A stretch of DNA of 64,000 bases from a virus, in the IMG/VR virus record IMGVR_UViG_3300009147_000001, positions 32,001 to 96,000 of that record; one strand, given 5' to 3'. The translations under genes and the position numbers were made by a program. Under the pieces are notes generated by a model. It was not told the origin of the DNA, did not search any database, and worked only from the letters and a program-made list of their open reading frames with translations. This document shows, piece by piece, positions 10,369 to 20,327 of the stretch (position 1 is the first letter of the stretch; each line of letters begins with the position of its first letter).

Positions 10369-10604
10369 CAGACTTAGAGTTTACCGATCGATATGATGCA
10401 CTAAGTCTATCACTACCAGATCCAAGGACAGTATGCCCTGGTCCGTGCGAAGGCACCGGCGTAGTACCAGTAAAAGCCGTCGATGAAACTGACTTATATT
10501 ATATCAATCAGTGGAATCAAGCAGAAGCACGCCATCCAAGCGACGACGGCTGGCACTTTGTTATCTGTAAAGATTGTCAGGGGACAGGATTAAGGAATGG
10601 CTAA
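10365..10604 (+). CDS. small protein with DnaJ-type CxxCxGxG motifs
   Basis: CPGPCEGTG and CKDCQGTG. Confidence 0.65.
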   Translation: MTDLEFTDRYDALSLSLPDPRTVCPGPCEGTGVVPVKAVDETDLYYINQWNQAEARHPSDDGWHFVICKDCQGTGLRNG

Positions 10605-10821
10605 GGTCACTGTCATTATGGAGGCTCGGGGCACTACCATCACCATCGAAGAAGAGGACACTCAACCAACGAGCACTGCCGGTGATGTGCGAAAACTACC
10701 AGTGCTGTTAGCCCAAGCGGCCGGTCGAGGCGCAGGACTGCTAGAAAATGAAATTAAACAGACCATTGCAGCGGGAGTGGCGCAACTTGCCACAATGGTC
10801 GACATATTGAAGAAGGAATAA
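10597..10821 (+). CDS. hypothetical protein
   Basis: Overlapping operonic ORF. Confidence 0.6.
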   Translation: MAKVTVIMEARGTTITIEEEDTQPTSTAGDVRKLPVLLAQAAGRGAGLLENEIKQTIAAGVAQLATMVDILKKE

Positions 10822-11483
10822 TGCACATTATACTGTCTGGCGTGGTAGGTTCGCGTGCATATGGTCTAGATAACGAACAATCTGATACTGACCGTCTTGC
10901 CATCTTTGCTGTCAACACCAACGATCTGTTTGGACTAAAACCAATAAAAGAAACTATGGTGTCTACTGCCCCAGATATCACCTCACATGAGATCCGTAAG
11001 TATTGTCGACTAGCGATCAATGGCAACCCTAGTGTACTCGAATTAATGTACCTACCTCAATATGAAGTGAAAACAAGTTTTGGTCAAGAACTCATTGCCA
11101 TTCGCAGCAGCTTTTTGTCCCAGAAGGCTGTCAAAAACGCTTATCTTGGCTATGCCGCACAACAATTTCGAAGAATAGAAACTCGTGGCGATTATTCCTT
11201 TAGTTCAGACCTGCGCGGACGTACAGCTAAACATGCGCGACATCTGGCTCGGCTCGTCACCCAAGGGCTAGAACTGTATACTACTGGTACAATGACATTA
11301 TATCTGGAGAATCCACAATGGTATTTTGCTTTTGGCGAACGTGTCGCTAATGGAGACTTGGAGCATGCCCGGACCTTCCTCACCGACATGGACCATAAAT
11401 TCACCAACTCATCACTACCGCTGACTCCAGACCTTCCGACCATAGAACACTGGATGGAACGAGTGAGACGTGCGTACCTATAG
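10821..11483 (+). CDS. Pol-beta superfamily nucleotidyltransferase (YcgL/RlaP-like)
   Basis: GSRAYGL...SDTD catalytic motif, NPSVLE, KHARHLARL. Confidence 0.85.
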   Translation: MHIILSGVVGSRAYGLDNEQSDTDRLAIFAVNTNDLFGLKPIKETMVSTAPDITSHEIRKYCRLAINGNPSVLELMYLPQYEVKTSFGQELIAIRSSFLSQKAVKNAYLGYAAQQFRRIETRGDYSFSSDLRGRTAKHARHLARLVTQGLELYTTGTMTLYLENPQWYFAFGERVANGDLEHARTFLTDMDHKFTNSSLPLTPDLPTIEHWMERVRRAYL

Positions 11484-11491
11484 GAGTTAGC

Positions 11492-11743
11492 ATGTTTACC
11501 AGAAAATTTTGGATACGCACTATAGAACGCATGATTCGCGCCTTCTTCGTTGTCCTATCTCCTACCTTGGGTTTACCTCAATTAGGAGAAGCGATAGGAT
11601 TGGATGTCCGCCATGTTGGCTGGCTAGATGCGTTATCCATGGCTGCCGGGGGGATGGTCGCGTCACTGGTATTATCGATCATCGGCTCTGGCATTGGTAA
11701 CCCTGATTCGCCATCAATATTACCAAAAAGTACAGACACATGA
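11492..11743 (+). CDS. r1t-type holin
   Basis: MFTRKFWIRTIERMIRAF start, two hydrophobic segments, SLVLSI...PDSPS end; AGGAG RBS. Confidence 0.7.
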   Translation: MFTRKFWIRTIERMIRAFFVVLSPTLGLPQLGEAIGLDVRHVGWLDALSMAAGGMVASLVLSIIGSGIGNPDSPSILPKSTDT

Positions 11744-11883
11744 CCGAATCAGAAACCGTACTCACTCGGCTCATCGTAAAAATAGATGAGCGAATTGCCA
11801 AGTTAGAAGCCCTAAGGGAAAGGATACAGCGAAAAATCAATGAGGAATCAAGAGATAAACCGGGCGATAGACGAGTTGAGTGA
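11740..11883 (+). CDS. small coiled-coil protein (not in ORF track)
   Basis: Manual translation MTESETVLTRLIVKIDERIAKLEALRERIQRKINEE...; ATGA coupling to the holin. Confidence 0.45.
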   Translation: MTESETVLTRLIVKIDERIAKLEALRERIQRKINEESRDKPGDRRVE

Positions 11884-12118
11884 TGGCGAATGGGATATTC
11901 TTGGTCGTGCCAATGATAAACTCTGGGATGATCAGCCAGATGCGTACCGTAATTACTGGCGTACGAACTACGGTCGACTAGTAGCAATTGGCTACGTTAT
12001 CGGTCGACGCCTATCCCTGGAGGAATTAATAATTGAATATTCAGCAAGATTGGATAAACTAGCAGAAAAGGAGGGTACAATTGAACAGTTCTCACCAACT
12101 GATAGTACTATGTCCTAA
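11840..12118 (+). CDS. hypothetical protein
   Basis: AAGGA upstream; operonic. Confidence 0.55.
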   Translation: MRNQEINRAIDELSDGEWDILGRANDKLWDDQPDAYRNYWRTNYGRLVAIGYVIGRRLSLEELIIEYSARLDKLAEKEGTIEQFSPTDSTMS

Positions 12119-12263
12119 CTGCATATGTTGCGTCTACATCGAGGACGAAGTACACCACTGCTATCATTGTCACACTGAGCAACCACTAGAAGACTTATGC
12201 CAGTGTGTGGACAAGACCTGTGTTAAAAAACGAGATCTCGCCATGTCAGCCGGAGAGCAATAG
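12081..12263 (+). CDS. small Cys-rich protein
   Basis: Several CxxC motifs; AAGGAGG RBS. Confidence 0.55.
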   Translation: MNSSHQLIVLCPNCICCVYIEDEVHHCYHCHTEQPLEDLCQCVDKTCVKKRDLAMSAGEQ

Positions 12264-12718
12264 TGATAATAGCTTTTGACCCAGGTGCCATAACCGGTAT
12301 CGCTAGTCATGGTGGCGCACACTATCTATGGCTACTGAATCAGTTCGATTCTAGTAGGTACGTCAAGCCAAAGTCCACCTTCTATACAATGTTGTGCAAT
12401 CTAGATAAACCAGATGTTATTATAGTCGAAAAGTTTTTGCATCGAAATCAAACCAATGCCAACTATGAAGGGCTTACCTACCAAGGAATCATTGAATTGT
12501 GGGCAGAAGATAATGGAATACCGATTGAATGGCAGAAGCTTTCCGACTGTAATAAATTCTGGGATGACAAGAAGATAAAGGCACTCCTTCTGTGGAAGCC
12601 TAGTAATGAGCATGCCATGGACGCACTTCGACATCTACTTCATTACCGTATGAAATACGATAAAGACTTTGAGCATTCTACATTACAAGAGCTTAAGGAA
12701 GCTGGTATCGGACAGTGA
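12263..12718 (+). CDS. RuvC/RNase H-fold nuclease (putative Holliday junction resolvase)
   Basis: IIAFDPG.TG, IIVEKF and HAMDALRH acidic motifs. Confidence 0.75.
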   Translation: MIIAFDPGAITGIASHGGAHYLWLLNQFDSSRYVKPKSTFYTMLCNLDKPDVIIVEKFLHRNQTNANYEGLTYQGIIELWAEDNGIPIEWQKLSDCNKFWDDKKIKALLLWKPSNEHAMDALRHLLHYRMKYDKDFEHSTLQELKEAGIGQ

Positions 12719-13272
12719 AGATTTTCTATGATACTGAATTTCTCGAACGTGGTTCACAGTATCCTATTGATTTGATCTCTATTGGCATGATAAACGAACG
12801 TGGTGAAGAACTATACCTAATTAACAAGGATGCACCATTAGATGACATAATGGCGCATCCTTGGCTATTCAAAAACGTTGTGCCATACTTACCTATATTT
12901 CATGTAGAACACGAAAGTGGAGAACTTGGTCTATACTATTGGGATGGAGACATGCCCGACGGACACCTGCTGGTATCTCGGACTGAACTACGAGATTACG
13001 TATATAAGTATATATTAGACCAAAAAGAAGAAATAGAATTATGGGCCTGGTATGGTGCTTATGACCATGTGGTATTAGCCCAACTGTGGAACACCATGGC
13101 CGAACTACCAGCAGAAGTACCCATGTGGACTAACGACATTCGACAAGAAATGCAATACGTTCCCGTCGAACTTAGACAAGGTAGCCCAAAGAAAGAAAAC
13201 GAACATCGTGCCATTGATGATGCTCGCTGGAACAAAAAACTATACGATTATATTAATCAACGACAACTTTAA
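12715..13272 (+). CDS. DEDDh 3'-5' exoribonuclease (RNase AS/Rv2179c-like)
   Basis: FYDTEFLE, LISIG, LWAWYGAYDHV and HRAIDDARW motifs. Confidence 0.85.
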   Translation: MKIFYDTEFLERGSQYPIDLISIGMINERGEELYLINKDAPLDDIMAHPWLFKNVVPYLPIFHVEHESGELGLYYWDGDMPDGHLLVSRTELRDYVYKYILDQKEEIELWAWYGAYDHVVLAQLWNTMAELPAEVPMWTNDIRQEMQYVPVELRQGSPKKENEHRAIDDARWNKKLYDYINQRQL

Positions 13273-15472
13273 TCAACCTACTACCAACCGTGGCATCAGT
13301 CGTGCCTGGTGCAATCCACCGAACAATCCGCGTACCGACCGTAATCGTGACATCTATGGTTACGGTCGGTCCTATATGTGGTGACCCAAATACTTCAAGA
13401 CTCGGTATACCGTACATGACAACAGTGCCAGCCGGCGGGCCGACGAGTAGATTAACAAGGCCCACAGCCGCAGCGGACGCGATGCCATGTGCGGATATAG
13501 TGACTTGACCGGCTGTGATGGTAACTGCGCCGAAACGCTCAGCACTAGGAATTGATCCGGGTGAAACTGATACGACCGTCCCGACATTGACAGCGCCGAA
13601 TCTCTCTCCAGGGGGGACTGAGCCGGTGGAGAGGAACAGCGACGTGGTGATGGCGCCAACGCCCTGCCCTGAGGGCACTCCACCAGCCGTAATCGTCGCC
13701 GAGCTGGTGAGGGTAGGCCCACCAATAAATTCTGCACTAGGTATGCCATTGGGACTAATTACACTGATCGTTGCGGCGTTGGTATTACCTAGTAGCTCGC
13801 TACTAGGTATACCGCTGGCAGCGATCGTTGCCGTAGCAGATACCGTAGCGGCGCCGAGTTTCTCCTGGCTGGGAATACCAAACAGTGCAACAGTAGTGGC
13901 TGTCTGAACGTTAGCGTTACCACTTGTTTCACTTGATGGGATGCCACCGGCATTAATTGTGGCAGTGGTGGTTACACTGAGTGCACCCAACTTTTCTTGA
14001 CTTGGAATGCTATTTGCGTTTATAGCAGTAATAACTGTGGTAGTGACCCCACCGAACTGCTCACCGGTGGAAACACCCAGCGCTTGTATGGTGTAACTGT
14101 TAGTGAGTTGATTATCACCAACTCGCTCGCCACTTGGAATACCACTGGCTGAAATGCTAGTGGTCGCCGAAATAGTAGATGAGCCGAATTTTTCTTGGGT
14201 TTGAATACCAGCAGCGGTAATTGTGCTAGCCGTAGCTATATTTGGACTACCTGTAGTTTCACTACTAGGAATTCCACCAACGGTTATAGTATATGTCGTG
14301 GTTAAACTAGAAGCGCCAAACTTTTCTTGTCCAGGAATTCCACCAGGGTTAATCGCGGTAACGACCGTGATGCTTGGGCTACCAACAGTTTCACCAGAGA
14401 CAATACCATGTGCGGTGAGATTGAGCGTAGTGGAAGTGGATCCGACCGTCTCCTGGCTTGGTATGCTACCAGCACTAATTGTGTATGTAGCGGAGACAGT
14501 AGACGAACCTAGCTTTTCACTTGATGCAATGCCGCTAGCTACAATGTTTTGAGCCAGTACTGCCGCACCAAGTTCTTCACCACTCGGTATTCCGCCAGTG
14601 GTTACGGTGTACGTTGTAGTAACTGCACTAGCACCAGCGGTCTCACTGCTTGGAATACCATTAACAGTAACGGTCTGATCGCCCGCACCAGTGGCAGATT
14701 TTATCTCTACCGCAACCGCAGCCCAGTTGAATAGTGCTCCACCACCAGCACGCAAATCTACCCAATCGACGCTTGTGGACGCCGATCCGGTTCGTATTTC
14801 AGACTCTAATCCACCCCAAGTAGTATTAGTGGTGTCACACAGTTCGGTCCAGCCAGAACCGGGAGTCGATGAAGCGGTATCCTTATCTATACCAACAACA
14901 GCAAACACTTCTGATGACGTAGCTGGCGCCGCGCTAAGTGTCAGTGAGGCGGGATTCGGTGGACCACCGCTGATGGTGGTCTCCGAGGCTGCCCCGGTCG
15001 CACCAATGGGCGTTCCGGTATCATATCCGGTATAGGCAACGACCGACACTGAATATTCACCGATACTGCGGGTGCCACAGTCCAACGTCAGCGTCATAGA
15101 TGCACCAGTAGTTACTGGAGCAGTATAAATACGAGTGCCAGTAAAGAAACTGCCACCCTCATCGATGGATGAATCTATTCGACCAGTATAAGTCCAGCCG
15201 CCACCTGATATAGTTAAGTCAGTCAGTGGCGTATTCGCGCCACCATTTTCGATGAGACTGACACCAACGACGAGAAGGCTACTACTTGGTGGGGTAAAAC
15301 TTGATGTAGTAAATGCACCAGTACCAAAGGTACCCGACGCACCACTAATGGCACATAGTAAGTCCGTACGGGTAAGATTGCCCGCCACCGACGCGGGTGC
15401 GCGTAATATCCGCGAACCCAGTCGACCTCGGGGTAGGCGAGGTCGAGTTGGCGCTCGGCGTACTGCTGGCAC
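13253..15472 (-). CDS. Ser/Thr/Gly-rich virion protein with about 20 tandem 20-22 aa repeats
   Basis: Last gene of the tail operon; repeat unit IxxxGIPSxExxG; Arg-rich N-terminus. Confidence 0.75.
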   Translation of the reverse strand: MPAVRRAPTRPRLPRGRLGSRILRAPASVAGNLTRTDLLCAISGASGTFGTGAFTTSSFTPPSSSLLVVGVSLIENGGANTPLTDLTISGGGWTYTGRIDSSIDEGGSFFTGTRIYTAPVTTGASMTLTLDCGTRSIGEYSVSVVAYTGYDTGTPIGATGAASETTISGGPPNPASLTLSAAPATSSEVFAVVGIDKDTASSTPGSGWTELCDTTNTTWGGLESEIRTGSASTSVDWVDLRAGGGALFNWAAVAVEIKSATGAGDQTVTVNGIPSSETAGASAVTTTYTVTTGGIPSGEELGAAVLAQNIVASGIASSEKLGSSTVSATYTISAGSIPSQETVGSTSTTLNLTAHGIVSGETVGSPSITVVTAINPGGIPGQEKFGASSLTTTYTITVGGIPSSETTGSPNIATASTITAAGIQTQEKFGSSTISATTSISASGIPSGERVGDNQLTNSYTIQALGVSTGEQFGGVTTTVITAINANSIPSQEKLGALSVTTTATINAGGIPSSETSGNANVQTATTVALFGIPSQEKLGAATVSATATIAASGIPSSELLGNTNAATISVISPNGIPSAEFIGGPTLTSSATITAGGVPSGQGVGAITTSLFLSTGSVPPGERFGAVNVGTVVSVSPGSIPSAERFGAVTITAGQVTISAHGIASAAAVGLVNLLVGPPAGTVVMYGIPSLEVFGSPHIGPTVTIDVTITVGTRIVRWIAPGTTDATVGSRLIKVVVD

Positions 15473-15505
15473 GACTCACCTACCCTCATCGTTTGATTTT
15501 AAATA

Positions 15506-15946
15506 TTAGGCGTCCCAGCTCCAGTACACATCACAAATTTGGCCCGTTCCGGTGAGTGCAATCAGCCCCACGCCGTTGGCGGTGCCGGACGGGATAAACA
15601 GACCACGACCGCCAAAAGTCCAGATGATGCCGGAACCAATCGAGGCGCCAATGGATGCCCGACGAATTTCTGTACCCAAAGTGGGAGCCGTACTGCTGTG
15701 AGAGTTGCGCGCGGTGCCTTTGGACGTGAAGTTAACGTCAGACTCCTCGTAGGTACCGGTTACCGCTGATGATGTGCCAGCGGTGGAAAATCGAGCTAAC
15801 GAGAGTTCGAATGCGGTAACGGTAGTGTTGGTGGCACCGACCTCGACCAGCCACAATCCACCCGTTGCTTCAGAGTAGAGACTAGCCATGGGCAGGGTCG
15901 TCGATCCTGCGTTGGTGGTGCGATATGCAGCAGCCTGACGTGCCAT
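15506..15946 (-). CDS. virion structural or minor tail protein
   Basis: GGAGG RBS before ATG at 15946; beta-rich; in tail operon. Confidence 0.65.
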   Translation of the reverse strand: MARQAAAYRTTNAGSTTLPMASLYSEATGGLWLVEVGATNTTVTAFELSLARFSTAGTSSAVTGTYEESDVNFTSKGTARNSHSSTAPTLGTEIRRASIGASIGSGIIWTFGGRGLFIPSGTANGVGLIALTGTGQICDVYWSWDA

Positions 15947-15950
15947 TGGC

Positions 15951-16721
15951 TTAACCTCCAATAATTGCAGATTGACCTAACGACCCATACGGACCATATG
16001 GTGAGGTAATTTCACTGGGACGTGCACTCCGAATAAGTACGTGCTTGGGTTCCGGATCGGCTGGTACTCCTCGCAAGGCAATACACATGAGTGCCTTGAA
16101 GTTGGCCGTCAGAGCGAGAGTGGCCGTCATGGCTCCGGTCGCACCAGCCGTGGCCTTCTCACCTGTGGCCATGGCAAAACCGCCACCAAGGCCAGAGGTG
16201 GTCCAATCATCCATTCGTTCGGTCACATTGACCAATGATGCATTAGCCCATCCAGTGGCTCCTGCGGTCGATGCGATATCCTGACCGGTGGAAAATGCAT
16301 ACAAAAGGAGACGATCAGCATCAGAAGTGGTAACTCCCGGAATTGACACTGATGTGTCGGAAACCAACTCTGTCGACGTGGCGAAAGTATCCCACGGATT
16401 GCCGTTGGTGGCACATCCGTTCACCACGATCATCCTGGCTACTATGTGATTACCAGCGTCGGCAATGGATGGTGCAGTATCACCAGCTTGCACCCGACGC
16501 CAAATCGCCCACAGCCGAGTCACCGTACCCGACGATACGGTGACATTGGTGATGGCAGCCCATCCAGTCGGTGCAACAACGGTGTCGGTAGCTTCTGTTT
16601 CAATAAGTGTGATGGCAATGTCATCATTCGTGGCAGTGTAGCCATTCGGAAACGCCGGTGTCACTGCCGCGACCCCATTGGCGTTGGCCGCCGATACCCC
16701 AACGACGGTTGGCATTGCCAT
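15951..16721 (-). CDS. minor tail or virion protein
   Basis: Thr/Ala/Gly beta-rich, APTGW motif; tail operon context. Confidence 0.65.
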   Translation of the reverse strand: MAMPTVVGVSAANANGVAAVTPAFPNGYTATNDDIAITLIETEATDTVVAPTGWAAITNVTVSSGTVTRLWAIWRRVQAGDTAPSIADAGNHIVARMIVVNGCATNGNPWDTFATSTELVSDTSVSIPGVTTSDADRLLLYAFSTGQDIASTAGATGWANASLVNVTERMDDWTTSGLGGGFAMATGEKATAGATGAMTATLALTANFKALMCIALRGVPADPEPKHVLIRSARPSEITSPYGPYGSLGQSAIIGG

Positions 16722-16732
16722 CGCACATTCCC

Positions 16733-18937
16733 CTATACCGTTGGATCCGGAGTCATGCCGACTGCGGTCACCTCAGCGATACTACTGGCATCAATGACCT
16801 TCTCGTATGTGGTGTTCGGACCGACGTACTGCGACCAGTCGACACCACTAACGGTACCGTACATGGTCATACCTCTCGTTCCACTTGGTGTTGTACCCAG
16901 ATACGATGCTACTGACGATGACAATGGGTCTTGACGAGCATAGACCTTAAAGGCACTATCCTCACCATCAAGAATACCAACGACATCTGCTGGACTATAA
17001 GCAACTTCAACCAATACAGCATGCACACCGATGTCAGGCGAAGCGTCAGTGGAGAAGCCAACCAAACACTCAAGTGCATCCAGTCTCGCTTTAGTAACTT
17101 GCCAGTAGCGGACGGGCGTACCACGTGATGGACGAACCACACCACATATCCAAATGAGATTAGTATCGTCTTGACCATGATCAGCAGCAGTCACCAGAAA
17201 AATCGTCTGTCCTGATGCAATCACCTGTATGCCAAGAGTGGCGGTGGTGGCAGATGCTGCCCATGGTGCAAATGACCATTTGACTGCCCTCGGCACCTTG
17301 TCGGTGAGCGTCAACGTTTCCATGGGAATCTTCACACTTTCACCACTGGCAGTGGTTACCTGCATAACACCATTCGATGAGGCCCCAATAGTTGGTGGTA
17401 TATCACGCAGATTGTTTTGACAGGTGGTACCATTGAATGCAGTACCCGTGCCATTACTAGAAAATGTCTGGAAATTGGATGTGGTGCCCTGCACGGACGC
17501 TGGGTCTGTGGCATCAGGTAGTAGTGGAACAATCTTATCTTTGCCAATAGGATAGTTGCCCCGTAGTTTGGAGACGATGGGATCATCATAATACACAGTG
17601 GCGGTTTGACTACTCTTCCAGCCAATGACCAATGCCGTAACCCGGGCGGAGGTCATGCTCGACGTGGTAGCTGTCGTTTGAGCTACCATTGATGTCACAG
17701 CAAGACTGTCATAGTCCATTGACCACTCGAACGTATGCGTCGTACTGGTGGACCAGTACCGACCAGTAACACCAATCCACTTGTTCGCCGCAACGGTGGC
17801 ATCGGATACCTGCTCCGTTCCAGAACCGATCTTTACCCCAATTTTTTGCGACGCATTAATGTACCGGACCACAACCCCATTCGCTGCCGAGCCTACCTCC
17901 ACCGACCATAATACTGTATCGGCAGATGGAAGTGACGTATCAAAGTAGAAGTTGACTCGTGGAATGAAAAAGTAGTCACTGCCAACTGACACGTTCGGCT
18001 GGAAATAACTCAGGACACCAGGGTCGGTCCACGCCACCCATTCAGCAGCCGCCGTCGACGATAGCTTTAAAGCGTAATTGCCAGAGCGCTTGATAGTGGA
18101 TACGATTTCCGGAGAGCCGGCTGAGGAATCGAACTGTTTTACCCCAGCATCGGCGGCAATACTCCCGCTGGTCAATCCAGTTGCCGTGCCGAATTCAAAG
18201 CCGGTAAACGCATCGTATAAAGGTGCCCACTTGCTATCCTGAGTATAGTGAATAATCAAGTCACCAATAAATGGACAAGACGGAGACACATCGGCCGTGA
18301 TACTAAAGCGACCAACGTCCCAGAACGCATTGACCGCCACTGCGAGAGTCAGCGAGAATCCACTTCCAGTGACCGGGACCTGAGCTATCTCTTGGAGGCT
18401 CGATGTATATCCAGAAATGACTGGCTGAGTAGTAGACGCGTTATAAGCGCCGAAATAGGCCAACGCCATCGAGCTGTACGCCAAGGTGGTATCGTTAGAA
18501 TTCTCGGGTACACTCGTCGTGGTCGTCGATGACACCGAACCAGGCGCCGAAGCACCAGAGGCTGCCGTAATGTACTGTGGTGTACTTGCCTGGGCAACCT
18601 CCAACCCTTCGACTTCCAGCGCTGCCCAACATCCAACAGAAGCCACACTGGTCACGATGGGAAACGTGTACGTAGTCTCCCCACCGGCCACGTTCTCCTT
18701 AAACCACGACATAAGGCTGCTGTTTGTATCAAGACTAACGTTACGAGTATCGTATTGATTAAACGTTCCCGCCCCACCGGTTGGTGCCCAGAATCGCGCA
18801 TCCCCGGATCCACTAGATGCCCGAGACAGACCAAGTATGACGACAGTCGTCCCAGCAGTGGTAGCAGTATCAAATGTTACGGTAGCGCTCGTCGCACCAT
18901 TAATCGTGCCCGTTTTGACCTGGAGAATGTTAAACAT
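16733..18937 (-). CDS. large minor tail or receptor-binding-like protein
   Basis: 734 aa, beta-rich; GGAGG RBS; tail operon context. Confidence 0.7.
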   Translation of the reverse strand: MFNILQVKTGTINGATSATVTFDTATTAGTTVVILGLSRASSGSGDARFWAPTGGAGTFNQYDTRNVSLDTNSSLMSWFKENVAGGETTYTFPIVTSVASVGCWAALEVEGLEVAQASTPQYITAASGASAPGSVSSTTTTSVPENSNDTTLAYSSMALAYFGAYNASTTQPVISGYTSSLQEIAQVPVTGSGFSLTLAVAVNAFWDVGRFSITADVSPSCPFIGDLIIHYTQDSKWAPLYDAFTGFEFGTATGLTSGSIAADAGVKQFDSSAGSPEIVSTIKRSGNYALKLSSTAAAEWVAWTDPGVLSYFQPNVSVGSDYFFIPRVNFYFDTSLPSADTVLWSVEVGSAANGVVVRYINASQKIGVKIGSGTEQVSDATVAANKWIGVTGRYWSTSTTHTFEWSMDYDSLAVTSMVAQTTATTSSMTSARVTALVIGWKSSQTATVYYDDPIVSKLRGNYPIGKDKIVPLLPDATDPASVQGTTSNFQTFSSNGTGTAFNGTTCQNNLRDIPPTIGASSNGVMQVTTASGESVKIPMETLTLTDKVPRAVKWSFAPWAASATTATLGIQVIASGQTIFLVTAADHGQDDTNLIWICGVVRPSRGTPVRYWQVTKARLDALECLVGFSTDASPDIGVHAVLVEVAYSPADVVGILDGEDSAFKVYARQDPLSSSVASYLGTTPSGTRGMTMYGTVSGVDWSQYVGPNTTYEKVIDASSIAEVTAVGMTPDPTV

Positions 18938-18993
18938 TTCTTTTAGCCTCCATCCTCAGAGCTTAAAGATGCGATTTACACCATTATCCCAGG

Positions 18994-19467
18994 TCACCAT
19001 GATACGTCGGCTGCCGTTTTGCCAACTCGATATGCTCTGGCCCGTGCATTTATACATTCCTTGCATCGCCTCCTTTCCTCCCTGATTACTAGATTGTTTC
19101 CAACTAATAGGTGACCGTGCTGACATGTTGGTGAGGTTCCGCGCTTCGGTGCCAATGCCTTCCATTTATCCAACACTTCTTCGGCCTTTAGTTTTCTGCG
19201 CTCACATAGATGTGGCAATATTAGTTCTATAAATTTTCCCGCATCTTCTCTGGCATAGATGGCCCAACGCCATACCCGCTTACCAGTAATAGTGCGCTCA
19301 TTTGCCTCAGATACAACACCAACACCGGACCATTCTAGCATTCTATATATGACATCCATGTCAGTAGATGCAACCTGAATTTTTGGTCTTCCTCCTTTGT
19401 CACTACCAATCCAGCCTTCACCCTCAATTATTCCAATAATCCAACCAAGTTTCAACTCTTCAATCAT
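18994..19467 (-). mobile_element. free-standing single-motif LAGLIDADG homing endonuclease with C-terminal Cys/His module
   Basis: LGWIIGIIEGEG motif; TCQHGH...RCKEC; ATGA-coupled to the upstream gene; flanked by two copies of the host gene C-terminus. Confidence 0.82.
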
Positions 19468-20327
19468 AGCTTGAATATCTTATTTGGACCGTTATCAAAC
19501 GTCACCACGATGTTTCCGCCATTCGGTGTTACCGGCAATCCAGACCCCGTAGCCGGTGCCAGTGCTCGGGAGTTGGCCGTAATAATTGCGGCAGTCGACG
19601 TGACTGCAATGGACCGATCTCCAGCATTAGCCAGCGCAGATAACGTCGCGGAGGCACCATTGCTAAAGGCGAGTACCGTGCTATTGGGAATGGCGTAGGT
19701 TAGCGGGTCGACCACAATCGACGTCGATGAGGCAGCCGCCTGCACTGCGCACGTAACAATATGCTTACCGGTAATAAGAGCGATCATCTGGGACGTCGAT
19801 GCGGTGCCGGTGTCCTCGAAGATAGCCACCGCTTCTACTGAGTTACCGGTCACCGAGGTAAACGTCACGTCGTTGGCATCGGCGACCCCAGCCGTCACCG
19901 TCTTACCGGCGAGGTTGACCGGGGTGCCCACCACCGCACCATTAAAATCGTCCCAGTTATCTCCGGCCGCCGATGGTCCGTAGTTAACGGCATACCCGGT
20001 AGCACCGCCCACTCCATTGCCAACTGCATTAGCCGCCGTAATCGGATTGGTCAACTCAAAGGTGTTAGCTGCCTGGTTAGCGATTTTCCAAAAACCATTA
20101 GCTGCTGTATTGGTGGCGTGACCATCAATAAACACCAAGTCGCCGTTGGCAAACCCATGCGACGTAGACGTTACTACAATGGGCGTGGCGTTAGTGGATG
20201 AGGTAATCGCTTTAATCCCAACATCTGTGGTGCCAAGGTCTAATAGGGCCGCACTGATTGTGGCAGTATCCCAGTCAATCGAGTTCTCCAGGAAGCCCTG
20301 CCGGCCCAGCTCAAACAACCCGTTCAC
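19464..20327 (-). CDS. virion structural protein (ends LPVTPNGGNIVVTFDNGPNKIFKL)
   Basis: Tail operon context; internal HGFANGD...ANGFWKI beta module. Confidence 0.7.
   Translation of the reverse strand: MNGLFELGRQGFLENSIDWDTATISAALLDLGTTDVGIKAITSSTNATPIVVTSTSHGFANGDLVFIDGHATNTAANGFWKIANQAANTFELTNPITAANAVGNGVGGATGYAVNYGPSAAGDNWDDFNGAVVGTPVNLAGKTVTAGVADANDVTFTSVTGNSVEAVAIFEDTGTASTSQMIALITGKHIVTCAVQAAASSTSIVVDPLTYAIPNSTVLAFSNGASATLSALANAGDRSIAVTSTAAIITANSRALAPATGSGLPVTPNGGNIVVTFDNGPNKIFKL

Noticed and set aside
18956-19165. 69-aa ORF as an independent gene
   Set aside because: It overlaps the endonuclease in another frame; only its last ~20 codons are meaningful, as the displaced host C-terminus.
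18956-19467. Group I intron carrying the LAGLIDADG ORF
   Set aside because: The ORF fills the whole interval, leaving no room for a ribozyme core, and the upstream host gene is already complete with its own stop.
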